Source of the DNA: a virus
Reading direction: 5' to 3' (one strand)
DNA length: 64,000 nucleotides
IMG/VR virus record: IMGVR_UViG_3300005805_000042
Under the pieces are notes generated by a model. The model did not search any database and had not been told where the DNA came from. It saw only the letters and a list, made by a program, of their open reading frames with translations. Below are positions 64,000 to 64,000 of the stretch, piece after piece (position 1 is the first letter of the stretch; each line of letters starts with the position of its first letter). The translations under genes were made by a program, and so were the position numbers.

Positions 64000-64000
64000 C

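Noticed and set aside
1-64000. Stop-codon reassignment or suppressor tRNAs as in some huge phages
   Set aside because: Known genes are full length under the standard code with TAA, TAG and TGA all used as stops; no CUA, UUA or UCA anticodon was found.

Overview
AT-rich, gene-dense 64 kb segment that looks like part of a large dsDNA bacteriophage genome. There are no rRNA or core bacterial operons, and most ORFs are short orphans. The host is probably Bacteroidota, because TAnnTTTG promoter elements sit before many genes, Shine-Dalgarno motifs are not obvious and ClpP is Bacteroidota-like. Contents: (i) a minus-strand RNA island at about 5.9-9.6 kb with canonical tRNAs, tRNA-scaffolded RNAs carrying large insertions, two unassigned structured RNAs, a compact RNase P RNA and a solitary PvuII-like nuclease ORF; (ii) further tRNAs (Ile-UAU, Leu-UAA) and several collapsed tRNA remnants; (iii) thyA followed by a GIY-YIG homing endonuclease, with a synonymously recoded duplicate of the ThyA C-terminus; (iv) a dispersed modification toolkit of two tandem carbamoyltransferases, 5 or more 2OG-Fe(II) oxygenases, glycosyl-, methyl- and sulfotransferase-like ORFs, RmlC and WavE-like; (v) lysis and cell-wall enzymes (GH19, M15-like, PG-binding domain, GH16) and ClpP; (vi) many putative virion proteins that share a Glu-ending N-terminal leader and an upstream TATTTAT motif. 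All family names come from motif recognition by eye, with no database searches, and RNA folds were paired by hand.
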